A stretch of DNA of 64,000 nucleotides. Source: Patescibacteria group bacterium. GTDB taxonomy: Bacteria; Patescibacteriota; Minisyncoccia; Phycocordibacterales; UBA918. The first letter of the stretch is position 1, and every line of letters starts with the position of its first letter. Position numbers and translations under genes: made by a program. Below, piece after piece: positions 49,545 through 59,680 of the stretch. Where the stretch lies: positions 6,853-70,852 of the forward strand of contig JAZKFU010000008.1 of assembly GCA_040386275.1 (NCBI GenBank). Reading direction: 5' to 3'. The notes under the pieces are model-generated. The model was not told where the DNA came from, searched no databases, and saw only the letters and a list, made by a program, of their open reading frames with translations.

Positions 49545-50466
49545 AAAAACGTTTCTGGTGGTTTTATTAATGTTAGGTATCGGAGGGGTTTTATTTGTAG
49601 CGCCATTTTTTATACGAACTGCAGTCACCATTGCATGGTATCCATTTGATATGGTGCGCGTGTGGGTAGCCGAATCAGGGAGTTCACTCCCGATGTATAT
49701 CAGAGAGCGAGGTGTACTCGTGCGGGAGTTAGAGGATTTAAAAATTAAAATTGCGACCGAGCAGGGGACTGATAGTACGATTAAAAAATTGCAGATTGAA
49801 AATACTGAGTTACGTAATCTCGCTGGCGCGCTCCCAGAAGCACGAGTGCTCGCGCGCGTGATTGGTCGACCAAACTCATTACCGTACGATATGTTGATGC
49901 TCGATCGGGGCAGTAATCATGGTGTGTTACAACATGCACCAGTGTTTTTAGGGGCTGACCAAGTTATCGGGTTTGTGTCTAAGGTGACCGAAAAAACCTC
50001 GCTCGTCACATTGGTCACGACGGCCGGCTTTACGTCCTCGGCGTACGTAATTGGACCTAACATATATACCTATGCTGAAGGTATGGGTGGTGGGATATTA
50101 CGTGTACGGGTACCACAAGGGATTATGCTTCGAACGGGCGATTTAGTGTTGCTACCGGCAATTGATTCTGGTTTGTATGGCACTATTAGTTACATCGAAA
50201 CATCAGCCACCCAACCTGAACAATATGGCTTTGTGACCACTTCGATTCCAATTCAAAGTCTGTATTACGTATCGGTAGGGAGAGAGGCAGTTGTCCCGCA
50301 TACCTACGAAGAAGCTGAAACGTTAATTGATGAAACGAAAGCCACGTTATTTAAAGTAGAGCTACCCGAAGGTGTGCTTGTCACGCCTGAAACCAGTACG
50401 ACGACAGTTGTGGGAAGTACTACTATTTCTAACACAGCCACTACGGCAGCGACCACCACACCATAA
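49489..50466 (+). CDS. mreC: rod shape-determining protein MreC (start uncertain; annotated ORF overlaps mreB 3' end)
   Basis: N-terminal TM segment, coiled coil, beta-rich C-terminal domain; position between mreB and mreD. Confidence 0.65.
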   Translation: MQKSSLIKKANSRRTSPTRKTFLVVLLMLGIGGVLFVAPFFIRTAVTIAWYPFDMVRVWVAESGSSLPMYIRERGVLVRELEDLKIKIATEQGTDSTIKKLQIENTELRNLAGALPEARVLARVIGRPNSLPYDMLMLDRGSNHGVLQHAPVFLGADQVIGFVSKVTEKTSLVTLVTTAGFTSSAYVIGPNIYTYAEGMGGGILRVRVPQGIMLRTGDLVLLPAIDSGLYGTISYIETSATQPEQYGFVTTSIPIQSLYYVSVGREAVVPHTYEEAETLIDETKATLFKVELPEGVLVTPETSTTTVVGSTTISNTATTAATTTP

Positions 50467-50471
50467 TAATT

Positions 50472-50741
50472 ATGATTTCTAGCCCACTTTTTATTCGGTT
50501 ACTCACTTTTTTCGGGGTTACTCTCGGGTGGTATTTTGGTATTTTATTGCTGGCGTTTCCGCTCACGCTCTGGTACCTGCTTAATTTTAAAGCCTATGAA
50601 TTGATTGCCTTGGGCATGCTCATTGATATGTATTTTATGCCCATACGGTTAGTCCCAGTGTATACAATCTGTTTTGCTGGTGCGTTTATCATTATTGAAA
50701 TTATAAAACCGCGATTTAAAAGTGGTGTTACTACAATATGA
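50472..50741 (+). CDS. mreD: MreD-like small polytopic membrane protein
   Basis: 89-aa three-helix membrane protein between mreC and mrdA; 3' end overlaps the mrdA start. Confidence 0.45.
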   Translation: MISSPLFIRLLTFFGVTLGWYFGILLLAFPLTLWYLLNFKAYELIALGMLIDMYFMPIRLVPVYTICFAGAFIIIEIIKPRFKSGVTTI

Positions 50742-52453
50742 AATTTCGCTCCAAAAAAAAGCGAATAGTGGAACTCGACGAGATTTTACTTGATGTATCT
50801 AATCTCCCTTCTTTTAACACCGGCCGGATGGAAGGTCGTCGCGAGTTGCCCATAAAACCGGTCAACGTCTATTTAATTGGTGTGTGTTTTATAATTGTGG
50901 CCATCGCTTTTTTTGGAAAAATATTTCACCTGCAAGTCACCGAAGGGGCACGTTTCCGAACTATCAGTGACAATAATAGTGTGAATACCAGCGTCATCAT
51001 TGCCGAACGGGGAGTTGTGTTTGATCGAAAAGGTGAGCCGTTAATTTGGAATGAACATGATTTTACCGATCAGTATGATTTTCCGGTACGTGCGTATACG
51101 GACCGGCTCGGGATGGGGCAATTGATAGGGTACGTGAGTTACCCGCAACGAGATAAAAAAGGTGTGTACTACCGAACCGAATACCTCGGCAGAACGGGGG
51201 TAGAGAGTGCGTTTGAAGATGACCTACATGGCACTAATGGTGAAAAAATTATCGAGCAAGATGCGCTCGGGGAAATTATCGGTGAACATGCCTTATCTGC
51301 CCCGGTTGAGGGTAAAGCCATCACACTTTCAGTAGATGCTGGTTTATCGGAAGCTATGTACCAAATCATCGCCACCAGTAGTGCGCAAGCTGGGTTTCGG
51401 AGTGGAGCGGGGGCAATTATGGATATTCATACCGGAGAGATTTTAGCCATGACGAGCTATCCTTCGTACGATCCTGAAGTTATGGCTGATGGAGACAACA
51501 CGACCTTGATTAGTGAATACAACAAAGATGATCGGTTGCCGTTTTTAAATAAAGTAGTGAGTGGTGTCTATACACCTGGCTCGATTGTAAAGCCATTTGT
51601 GGCCTACGCGGCATTGTCAGAAAAAATTATCGATCCCAATAAAACTATCGTCAGTAACGGGTACTTAGTTGTGCCTAATCCGTATAATCCTAGTAACCCG
51701 TCACGATTTAATGACTGGCGAGCGCATGGGGCGATGACAATGCGTGAAGCAATTGCATTCTCCTCTAACGTCTATTTTTATATCATTGGTGGTGGCTTTG
51801 GTGATCAGGCGGGACTCGGGATTACAAAAATGAGTCAGTACTACAAATTATTTGGGATGGGTAGTACAACGGGCATTACCATCGCGTCCGAACAGGAAGG
51901 AGTTGTACCAACCCCGGCCTGGAAAAAAGAAACATTTGATGATGATTGGCGACTAGGAGACACGTACTTTACCGCTATTGGTCAGTATGGTTTCCAGGCT
52001 ACACCCCTACAAATGTTACGTGCCTACGGTGCGCTAGCTTCTGGCGGAACCCTCGTTACGCCACACGTAATAAAAGGTGAGGTGAGTAGTACTACCGACA
52101 TAGGACTAAATCGCGAGTATTTAAAGGTGGTGCACGAAGGAATGCGCAAGACAGTGATTATCGCGGGCGGTACCGCGCGGGGATTAGAGCGAAAAGATGT
52201 AGCCATTGCGGCCAAGTCAGGTACAGCAGAAATTGGAGCCGGTAATGCGTTTGTGAATTCTTGGGCGGCTGGTTTTTGGCCGTACGAAGACCCGAAGTTT
52301 GCGTTTATATTGCTGATGGATAAGGCACCTCGTAGTAATGCGCTGGGGGCTACACGAATCATGGGTGGGGTATTTGATTGGATGGCACTCAATCGTCCAG
52401 AGTACATTAATCCAGATAAAGCCATTGAAATACCTGATAATACATCAGAGTAG
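50738..52453 (+). CDS. mrdA: penicillin-binding protein 2 (elongasome transpeptidase)
   Basis: SxxK (GSIVKP), SxN (FSSNVYF), KSGT (AAKSGTAE) motifs; N-terminal anchor. Confidence 0.85.
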   Translation: MKFRSKKKRIVELDEILLDVSNLPSFNTGRMEGRRELPIKPVNVYLIGVCFIIVAIAFFGKIFHLQVTEGARFRTISDNNSVNTSVIIAERGVVFDRKGEPLIWNEHDFTDQYDFPVRAYTDRLGMGQLIGYVSYPQRDKKGVYYRTEYLGRTGVESAFEDDLHGTNGEKIIEQDALGEIIGEHALSAPVEGKAITLSVDAGLSEAMYQIIATSSAQAGFRSGAGAIMDIHTGEILAMTSYPSYDPEVMADGDNTTLISEYNKDDRLPFLNKVVSGVYTPGSIVKPFVAYAALSEKIIDPNKTIVSNGYLVVPNPYNPSNPSRFNDWRAHGAMTMREAIAFSSNVYFYIIGGGFGDQAGLGITKMSQYYKLFGMGSTTGITIASEQEGVVPTPAWKKETFDDDWRLGDTYFTAIGQYGFQATPLQMLRAYGALASGGTLVTPHVIKGEVSSTTDIGLNREYLKVVHEGMRKTVIIAGGTARGLERKDVAIAAKSGTAEIGAGNAFVNSWAAGFWPYEDPKFAFILLMDKAPRSNALGATRIMGGVFDWMALNRPEYINPDKAIEIPDNTSE

Positions 52454-52511
52454 TCCACAAGTTGACCTGATAGAGTAAGTGCGTATAATTGTGGTACATT
52501 AATTTTGCATT

Positions 52512-52982
52512 ATGAACGATCAACAATCCTATTTGACTGCTGAGAAGTTTGACGAATTGAAGAAAGAATTAGATCATTTAAAAACAGTTCGTCGTAAAGA
52601 AGTAGCTGAATCTTTGGAGTACGCTCGAAGTCTCGGTGACCTTTCTGAAAACGCTGAATATCAAGAAGCTCGTGATATGCAGGCTGCCATTGAGGAACGT
52701 ATTGCTCACCTCGAAAAGGTAATCAAAGAAGCAAAAATCGTTGCCCATGACAAAAAAGGTGATGTGATTGTGCTCGGTTCAACCGTAACTATTCAAAAAG
52801 ACAAAGATAAAGATAGTCACAGTTACACCATCGTCGGAGCTGAAGAAGCCAACATCCACGAAAAGAAACTCTCATACCTTTCACCACTAGGAGAATCACT
52901 GATGGGAAAGTTTAAGGGAGATGAGTTTAGTTTTGAGACGCCGGGAGGGAAGCAAAAATACAAGGTATTGAAAGTCGAATAA
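52512..52982 (+). CDS. greA: transcription elongation factor GreA
   Basis: Full-length GreA similarity including the acidic coiled-coil tip (DLSENAEYQEARD). Confidence 0.9.
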   Translation: MNDQQSYLTAEKFDELKKELDHLKTVRRKEVAESLEYARSLGDLSENAEYQEARDMQAAIEERIAHLEKVIKEAKIVAHDKKGDVIVLGSTVTIQKDKDKDSHSYTIVGAEEANIHEKKLSYLSPLGESLMGKFKGDEFSFETPGGKQKYKVLKVE

Positions 52983-53004
52983 AGGGGGTGAAAGTCCAAA
53001 AATA

Positions 53005-53090
53005 ATTTTATACTGCGTTGCCTGCATTATTTTAGTCCTCACCGTACAAAAAGTACGGCTCGAACAAAAATAACTAGTCGCCTTGTCTAA
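53005..53090. repeat. intergenic hairpin repeat family member
   Basis: tactgcgttgcctgcattatttt…tcaCCGTACaaaaaGTACGGctcgaac…. Confidence 0.65.
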
Positions 53091-53131
53091 AAAGATTTTT
53101 GAACTTCCATCGATGAATTACATTTTATTTC

Positions 53132-53162
53132 AAAAAACCAATCGCTTTGCGATTGGTTTTTT
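53132..53162. terminator. bidirectional terminator aaaaaACCAATCGCtttgGCGATTGGTttttt
   Basis: Perfect hairpin with flanking A/T runs. Confidence 0.65.
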
Positions 53163-53227
53163 GTTGTGGATGTTTATAAATGTGGTAGTGTTTATGCGGA
53201 ATCGACATTCTCATGCAGGAGCTTTAG

Positions 53228-53503
53228 ATGGAACAGATGGACAGAATTGCGCATTTGACGTATTCGATACAACATAATCCAAATTGTCCGAGTAAATATT
53301 TGATTCGGTTAATTGGGGATGAAGCGGGAATAATTGATAATCTCCCTCATAGTTCGTATATAGTAAAAAGAACTAATGACAGATTATTTTACGGCAAGAC
53401 TTTAGAAGAGGCGATTGATAAAGTGCTGGCTGATGAACGAGTGGCTCGCACTCGCCGAATGCAAAAGATGCACTATAAACCCTCATTAGTCTTGCAGGAA
53501 TAA
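53228..53503 (+). CDS. hypothetical protein (weak)
   Basis: AT-rich 91-aa ORF without family assignment. Confidence 0.2.
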   Translation: MEQMDRIAHLTYSIQHNPNCPSKYLIRLIGDEAGIIDNLPHSSYIVKRTNDRLFYGKTLEEAIDKVLADERVARTRRMQKMHYKPSLVLQE

Positions 53504-53712
53504 TATTTTAAAATCGACCTTTCCGTACCACGGGGAGGTCTTATTTTAAATACCACTTAATTTTAAATAGACTTACGATAATAGATGCAGTTCTAGACGA
53601 CGTGTTAAAAATGCTGCGAGGCGTATCGAGTATACGATGAGTGGCATTTTTGACTCGTCACCAACGAAATGCGCTATTTGCGTAAGTTGCTGTTACCCGC
53701 TAATATACACAA

Positions 53713-55212
53713 ATGTCTACACATGATGACCTAATGAACGAACGTCGGAAAAAGCGGGATGTGCTTGTGGCGGCGGGGATGAACCCTTACACAGCCAAGG
53801 CCAATGCTACTCACACAAATGGGGTTGTTTTAGAGAAGTTTAGCGAACTAGTCGCTTCGGGAGAATCAGTTACTATTGCCGGGCGGGTGATGGCTTTGCG
53901 CTTGCATGGAGCGCTTGCGTTTGCTGATATCTTTGATGGCTCGGCTCGCGTACAGGCGATGTTTACCAAAGAGAACATCGGTGAAGAACTATTTGCCCTC
54001 TTTGTAGATACTATTGATGGGGGAGATTTTATTGAAATAACGGGGAATGCGTTTATTACTAAACGCGAAACCCAGGCGCTACAAGTGGCGTCATGGCGTA
54101 TTTTAACGAAGTCTCTTGCTCCATTACCGGCTGAACACTTTGGTATTAAGGACGAAGATATGCGGTACCGCAAGCGGTATCTCGATTTGTTGCTTGATGA
54201 TGAAGCCCGAGCCTTGTTTATTCAAAAAGCAAAATTCTGGGAAGTGACACGTCGGTTTATGGTGGATCATGGGTTTCTAGAAGTGGAAACACCCACGCTT
54301 GAAGTAACGACCGGCGGAGCTGAAGCACGTCCGTTTAAAACCTACCATAATGATTTTGATATGCAGGTGTATATGCGTATCTGTATTGGTGAACTCTGGC
54401 AGAAGCGCTTGATGGCTGCTGGCTATGCTAAAACGTTTGAAATTGGACGAGCGTATCGCAATGAGGGTACCAGTCCTGAACACCTCCAAGAATTTACCAA
54501 CTGTGAATTCTACTGGGCCTATGCTGATTACCGGGACGGCATGACGTTTGTGCGTGATCTCTACCGCACCATTGCTACCGAAGTATTTGGTACGACAAAA
54601 TTCACTATGCGGAATCACACCTTTGATTTGGCAGACGAATGGGTTGAAATTGATTATGTCGAAACCATTAAAGATAAAACGGGTATCGACATTTTAACGG
54701 CCACAACCGAGGCTATGGAAGAAAAGCTCGCAGAACTGGGAGTGAAGTACGATGGGAACAATCGCGAGCGCCTAACCGATACTCTTTGGAAGTACTGTCG
54801 CAAACAAATTGCCGGACCAGCCTTTCTCATTAATCACCCAACACTCGTGGCACCGCTTGCGAAAACACGACCGGGCACTGATACGGTTGAAATGTTCCAA
54901 CCAATTATCGCGGGAAGTGAAGTAGGGCGGGGGTACAGCGAGTTAAATGACCCGGATGACCAGCGCGCTCGGTTTGAAGCGCAAAAGAAATTGCTCGATG
55001 CAGGTGATGATGAGGCGATGATGTCTGACTGGGAATTTGTGGAGATGCTCGAACATGGTATGCCACCAACCTGCGGGTTTGGTTTTGGCGAGCGCTTGTT
55101 TGCGTTCCTCGCGGGTAAGCCACTACGTGAAGTGCAATTATTCCCGTTGATGAAACCAAAAGTTGAAGTAGAGGAACAATCGCTTCCAGACTGCGTAGCG
55201 TGTGAAGGGTAA
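53713..55212 (+). CDS. lysS: lysyl-tRNA synthetase, class II
   Basis: OB-fold N-domain plus class II motifs (FLEVETPTL…, FEIGRAYRNEG, GFGFGERL). Confidence 0.9.
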   Translation: MSTHDDLMNERRKKRDVLVAAGMNPYTAKANATHTNGVVLEKFSELVASGESVTIAGRVMALRLHGALAFADIFDGSARVQAMFTKENIGEELFALFVDTIDGGDFIEITGNAFITKRETQALQVASWRILTKSLAPLPAEHFGIKDEDMRYRKRYLDLLLDDEARALFIQKAKFWEVTRRFMVDHGFLEVETPTLEVTTGGAEARPFKTYHNDFDMQVYMRICIGELWQKRLMAAGYAKTFEIGRAYRNEGTSPEHLQEFTNCEFYWAYADYRDGMTFVRDLYRTIATEVFGTTKFTMRNHTFDLADEWVEIDYVETIKDKTGIDILTATTEAMEEKLAELGVKYDGNNRERLTDTLWKYCRKQIAGPAFLINHPTLVAPLAKTRPGTDTVEMFQPIIAGSEVGRGYSELNDPDDQRARFEAQKKLLDAGDDEAMMSDWEFVEMLEHGMPPTCGFGFGERLFAFLAGKPLREVQLFPLMKPKVEVEEQSLPDCVACEG

Positions 55213-55354
55213 ATAATATAGAAAATTGAAGAGGGAATATTGATAATATACAAAACAGTGAGAACTTTGTTCTCGCTGTTTTGTGTTATGAGGCAAAGCC
55301 TCTGTACAAAAAACACCTTTGTGTTGTTTTTTTGTTTTTTATTGGTTATCCACC

Positions 55355-55430
55355 GGGAAAGTGTGGGGAAATACTGCAGGGTGGGTCAAAGTGGTGTATA
55401 GTGTAAGTGTGGTGGGAGATAGTGGTATAC
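55355..55430 (+). promoter_or_regulatory. array of GTGG(G/T) direct repeats upstream of mraZ (candidate MraZ operator)
   Basis: gtgtgggg…gggtgggt…agtggtgt…gtgtggtggg…agtggta spaced roughly one helical turn apart. Confidence 0.35.
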
Positions 55431-55534
55431 GCGACCGCAAGGAACCGTATACAGGAGGGAGGTACTCTCTAAACCTACTGGAATCACTCCACTGATTGCG
55501 GTTGGTTTAGAGGGTACCTTCAAACTTTTAAGAT

Positions 55535-55969
55535 ATGCTAATTGGCGAATACAAGCACACGTTGGACCCCAAGAAAAGGCTGTCACTTCCGTCTAAATGG
55601 CGGGGTGAACTTGGGGCATCGCTTGTCGTCACACGCGGTCTTGATAATTGTCTCTTTGTATATCCGCTTCTTGAGTGGCAGAAAATCACCGACAAAATTG
55701 GTGAACTGCCACTGGGGACCGCGGACACCAGAAGTTTCAATCGATTCTTCTTATCAGGAGCAGTAGAGGTGGAGGTAGATTCAGTTGGACGTATTCTCGT
55801 GCCAGATTTTTTAAAGGAGTTTGCTCACTTAGACTCAAAGGTAGTCTTAGCGGGTATCCATAACCGAATAGAAATTTGGGATGAGAACAAGTGGACAGAG
55901 TACAAAGCACAAATCGAACTACAAGCAGATTCCCTCGCGGAAAAGCTCGGAGCGATTGGTGTCCTCTAA
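55535..55969 (+). CDS. mraZ: division/cell wall cluster transcriptional regulator MraZ
   Basis: MLIGEYKHTLDPKKRLSLPSKWR…, two SpoVT/AbrB-like halves. Confidence 0.9.
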   Translation: MLIGEYKHTLDPKKRLSLPSKWRGELGASLVVTRGLDNCLFVYPLLEWQKITDKIGELPLGTADTRSFNRFFLSGAVEVEVDSVGRILVPDFLKEFAHLDSKVVLAGIHNRIEIWDENKWTEYKAQIELQADSLAEKLGAIGVL

Positions 55970-55993
55970 GTCACCCAACCACTCTCTATATAT

Positions 55994-56881
55994 ATGAAGC
56001 ACATTACTGTTTTGCTCGAAGAAGCGATAGACGCCTTAGCGCTTAGTAAAAACGCAACCGTGGTCGACGCTACCTTGGGTGCTGGAGGACATGCCAGGCA
56101 CATACTCAAGCAATTGGGTGCCAAGGGAACCTTTATCGGGTTTGATGCCGACAGTACTGCTTTATCGGAATTACATGATTTAAAGAAATCAAAATCCACC
56201 GTGCATTTAGTGCATAGTAATTTTGCACACATTCAATCAGAACTTCTGAAATTAAATATAGAACACGTTGATGCGATTCTCGCCGACCTTGGTTGGCGTA
56301 CGGATCAATTCACGGATGGGGGAAAGGGGTTCTCGTTCACTTCAGACGATAGCTTGTACATGACGTATGGAGCGCCAGACACGTATTCATTTACGGCCGG
56401 AGACATCGTCAACGACTGGAAAGAGGAAGATATTGCGAACGTATTGTATGGGTACGGGGAAGAGCGATATTCAAGACCGATTGCCAAAGCAATCGTTGCC
56501 TATCGCAAGAACAAAAAAATTATGACCGCCGCAGAACTGGCAGAAATAATTTTTACTTCTGTCCCTGTGTCATATCGCCATGGTCGCATTCATCCAGCAA
56601 CAAAATCCTTTCAGGGTTTACGCATTGCAGTGAATGACGAGTTTACGGTCCTGGAGCAATTCATCGCGGGAGCCTGGCAATGCTTAGCTCCCCAAGGACG
56701 TTTGGCTATCATTTCCTTCCATAGTCTTGAAGATAGAATTGTAAAACATACATTCAAAAATTACGTACAAGCTGCCGCCGGTGTCCTCATAACCAAAAAA
56801 CCGATAGTAGCAAGCAGAGAAGAGTTGGTAGCAAACCCCCGATCCCGCAGTGCCAAATTACGAATTATTCAAAAAATTTAA
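55994..56881 (+). CDS. rsmH: 16S rRNA (cytosine1402-N4)-methyltransferase
   Basis: HITVLLEEAIDAL…DATLGAGGHARHIL SAM-binding motif. Confidence 0.9.
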   Translation: MKHITVLLEEAIDALALSKNATVVDATLGAGGHARHILKQLGAKGTFIGFDADSTALSELHDLKKSKSTVHLVHSNFAHIQSELLKLNIEHVDAILADLGWRTDQFTDGGKGFSFTSDDSLYMTYGAPDTYSFTAGDIVNDWKEEDIANVLYGYGEERYSRPIAKAIVAYRKNKKIMTAAELAEIIFTSVPVSYRHGRIHPATKSFQGLRIAVNDEFTVLEQFIAGAWQCLAPQGRLAIISFHSLEDRIVKHTFKNYVQAAAGVLITKKPIVASREELVANPRSRSAKLRIIQKI

Positions 56882-56892
56882 TTATTACTACA

Positions 56893-57207
56893 ATGCTCGC
56901 GAATGTAATTTCCAAACCCACCCATGCATTCTACTTTAATGCTGGCGTTGCCACCCTTTTTACATTGGTCTTTTTGTACATGTATTTCCTCTCAATGTCG
57001 GTAGTACACGTAGTACTGCGCAAGGAAATTATGAATGATGTTGCCAAAGTTGAGTCTCAAATTGCTCAACTAGAATCTTCTTATATTACTGCGCAACACA
57101 AAGTGAGTAATAAAATTGCCGCCCTAGAAAACTTCACCGCTAACGAAACCAAAATCTTTGTCAGTCGTGAGGAATCAACGTTGGTACTCTCTGAATCGGC
57201 CCGGTAG
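56893..57207 (+). CDS. ftsL: FtsL-like cell division protein
   Basis: Single TM segment then coiled coil; canonical position between rsmH and ftsI. Confidence 0.5.
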   Translation: MLANVISKPTHAFYFNAGVATLFTLVFLYMYFLSMSVVHVVLRKEIMNDVAKVESQIAQLESSYITAQHKVSNKIAALENFTANETKIFVSREESTLVLSESAR

Positions 57208-58932
57208 TTGTTCTCTATGCGTAAAAGTACCACAGCGCGAATACGAATTATCTCCGCGGTGATTTTTTTTATAGGCTTTTTATTGATTGTTCGTTTGTAT
57301 CATATACAAATAAATCAAGCTGAAGCCTATCGCGAAAAAGCCCAACGCCAATACGTACACACCGCTAAAGACGTCTATAACCGAGGCAGTATATATTTCA
57401 CCACCAAAGATGGAGAAAAAGTTTCAGCTGCCTCAGTCACCTCAGGGTATCTCGTGGCGGTGAATCCAACCATCATTACTGATCCCGAAGCAGTCTACGA
57501 AAAGATAAAGATGCACGTAGCAATATCAAAAGATGACTTTATTGCTAAAGCCACGTTACCGAACCGTACCTATGTAGAAATTGATCCAAAGGTAAATGAA
57601 GCGACTTACGAATTATTATCTAAAGAATCAGTCGAAGGAGTGATGTTGTACCGAAATCAGTGGCGATACTATCCGGGCGATACGATGTCTGCTCGGTCAA
57701 TTGGGTTTGTGGGATTTGGTAGTGATGACGGACAGTTACGCGGGAAGTATGGTCTTGAACGTTACTATGACGAAACCCTCTACCGGGACAATACCAAACT
57801 TTCAGTGAACTTTTTTGCAGAGATCTTTTCTAATCTCGGTAGTTTAGTGTTTGAAAACTCTGAACAAAAAAGTGGGAGTGTAGTAACGACAATTGAACCA
57901 ACCGTAGCACGTATGCTTGACCGGGTGTTACAAGAAACCCAAGACGAGTATAAAAGTAAACTCACGGGTGGAATCATCATGGATCCTAAAACGGGAGCAA
58001 TTTATGCGTTAAACGTGGCGCCAACCTTTGATTTAAACACTCGTGGCACAAGTTCAATCGATCAATTCCAAAATCCGTTAGTGGAAAACGTGTACGAGAT
58101 GGGTTCGATTATTAAAGCCCTTACCATGGCAGCTGGACTTGATAGTAAAGTAGTAACACCTCAATCGACGTACTACGACGCCGGATTCCTTGATCTTAAT
58201 GGATACACTATTAAAAACTTTGACGGTAAAGGTCGTGGTACCGTTCCGATGCAAACGGTCTTGGATCAATCACTCAATACCGGAGTATCACACATTGTAA
58301 AATTAATGGGGCGAGAAAAATTCCGCAGCTATTTTGAAGGTCTGAAATTAGGAAGTGAAACAGGAATTGATTTACCGAGTGAAGCCCAGGGACTGATGAA
58401 GAACCTGCAGTCTCCGCGTGATGTAGAGTACGCAACCGCCTCATTCGGGCAGGGAATTGCGATGACTCCGATAGCAACCGCGAGAGCCTTAGCGACGTTA
58501 GGTAATGGTGGTCATCTAGTAACTCCTCATATTGTTAAAGCTATTGAATACGATGATGGTACTAAAAAAGAAGTGGTCTACCCAAATGGTGCTCAAGTCT
58601 TTACGCCCGAAACAAGCGAAACCGTATCACGCATGCTCACGAGCGTCGTCGACACTGCTTTGCGTGGGGGAGATGTAGCACTTCCACACCATACTATTGC
58701 CGCCAAAACCGGTACAGCGCAGATGTCTAATCCAAATGGGGGTGGGTATTATGAAGACAAATACCTCCACTCATTCTTCGGGTATTTCCCCGCCTATGAT
58801 CCGAAGTTTATTGTGTTCTTGTATACGGTAGATCCACGAGGCGTGCAGTATGCGTCTGAGACGTTGACGACGCCGTTTATGGATATAACCAAGTTTTTAA
58901 TAAATTACTACAGCATCCCCCCAGACCGATAA
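57208..58932 (+). CDS. ftsI: penicillin-binding protein (FtsI/PBP3-like divisome transpeptidase)
   Basis: SxxK (GSIIKA), SxN (SLNTG), KTGT (AAKTGTAQ). Confidence 0.85.
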   Translation: MFSMRKSTTARIRIISAVIFFIGFLLIVRLYHIQINQAEAYREKAQRQYVHTAKDVYNRGSIYFTTKDGEKVSAASVTSGYLVAVNPTIITDPEAVYEKIKMHVAISKDDFIAKATLPNRTYVEIDPKVNEATYELLSKESVEGVMLYRNQWRYYPGDTMSARSIGFVGFGSDDGQLRGKYGLERYYDETLYRDNTKLSVNFFAEIFSNLGSLVFENSEQKSGSVVTTIEPTVARMLDRVLQETQDEYKSKLTGGIIMDPKTGAIYALNVAPTFDLNTRGTSSIDQFQNPLVENVYEMGSIIKALTMAAGLDSKVVTPQSTYYDAGFLDLNGYTIKNFDGKGRGTVPMQTVLDQSLNTGVSHIVKLMGREKFRSYFEGLKLGSETGIDLPSEAQGLMKNLQSPRDVEYATASFGQGIAMTPIATARALATLGNGGHLVTPHIVKAIEYDDGTKKEVVYPNGAQVFTPETSETVSRMLTSVVDTALRGGDVALPHHTIAAKTGTAQMSNPNGGGYYEDKYLHSFFGYFPAYDPKFIVFLYTVDPRGVQYASETLTTPFMDITKFLINYYSIPPDR

Positions 58933-58939
58933 TTTATTC

Positions 58940-59045
58940 CAGAATCCCTGCATCTACTGCGTTGCTGCTCAGTAAAATGAAGTTCAACGTACTAATGTAC
59001 GCCTCACTTTATTTTCTTCGCGCGTCTTGTATCTACAGCAATTCT
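58940..59045. repeat. intergenic hairpin repeat family member
   Basis: cctgcatctactgcgttgctgctcagtaaaat…tcaACGTACtaatGTACGCctc…attttcttcg…cttgtatctacagcaa. Confidence 0.65.
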
Positions 59046-59074
59046 GAAACAAATTAAAATTTGCGCCAAACTAC

Positions 59075-59175
59075 GCCCATCTGCTGCGTTGTTGCTGTTC
59101 GCTTTTTCACTCACCGTACATTTAGGTACGACTCGCAAAAAAGCGAACAGCACGCCTTGCATCTGGACGCATTTT
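59075..59175. repeat. intergenic hairpin repeat family member
   Basis: cccatctgctgcgttgttgctg…tcaCCGTACatttagGTACGActcgc…cgccttgcatctggacgc. Confidence 0.6.
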
Positions 59176-59224
59176 GACACAAATTTGGTCAAACCGGCTA
59201 CTTAAAAAATATTTTACTTTAATA

Positions 59225-59290
59225 AAAACAAAAACCGCCACCTCGTTGAAACGAAGCTTTGGCTTTCGTTTCGTGGGTAGCGGCTATATT
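59225..59290. terminator. long compound hairpin (CCGCCACC…AAACGAAGCtttgGCTTTCGTTT…GGTAGCGG)
   Basis: Nested inverted repeats downstream of the minus-strand ORF 59312-59533. Confidence 0.5.
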
Positions 59291-59311
59291 CTAGGTGGCT
59301 CCTGAAAGATT

Positions 59312-59533
59312 TCAGATTACGCGTTCAGCGAGCCATGCTTGTTCGGTAGGGAACATGCTGGAAATTTTGAAGCTGAGATCCCAGTCAAGCTGGGTACGGT
59401 CAGCTGCGGTCAGTACCACCTGGATGTCAGGATCCTTTTCCGCCAGACACTGAGGACAAGGTGTCATCGGGATGCCGTGCTTACCGCACGATCCGACTTG
59501 TTCGTCCCATTCAGGATGATAGAGATTTGGCAT
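59312..59533 (-). CDS. small Cys-rich (CxxC-type) hypothetical protein, compositionally GC-rich
   Basis: MPNLYHPEWDEQVGSCGKHGIPMTPCPQCLAEK…; visibly higher GC than flanking DNA. Confidence 0.4.
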   Translation of the reverse strand: MPNLYHPEWDEQVGSCGKHGIPMTPCPQCLAEKDPDIQVVLTAADRTQLDWDLSFKISSMFPTEQAWLAERVI

Positions 59534-59680
59534 AGTATTCTCCAAAAGTTCAATTCGAATAATATAATACACTTATTATGTATTTTTGTCAAGTAAATTC
59601 AGTATATTTGATAATTAGAGGATTTAATAATAAGACAATGCTAATATAATCAAATATATTTATAGTTTTACGAATTTACA

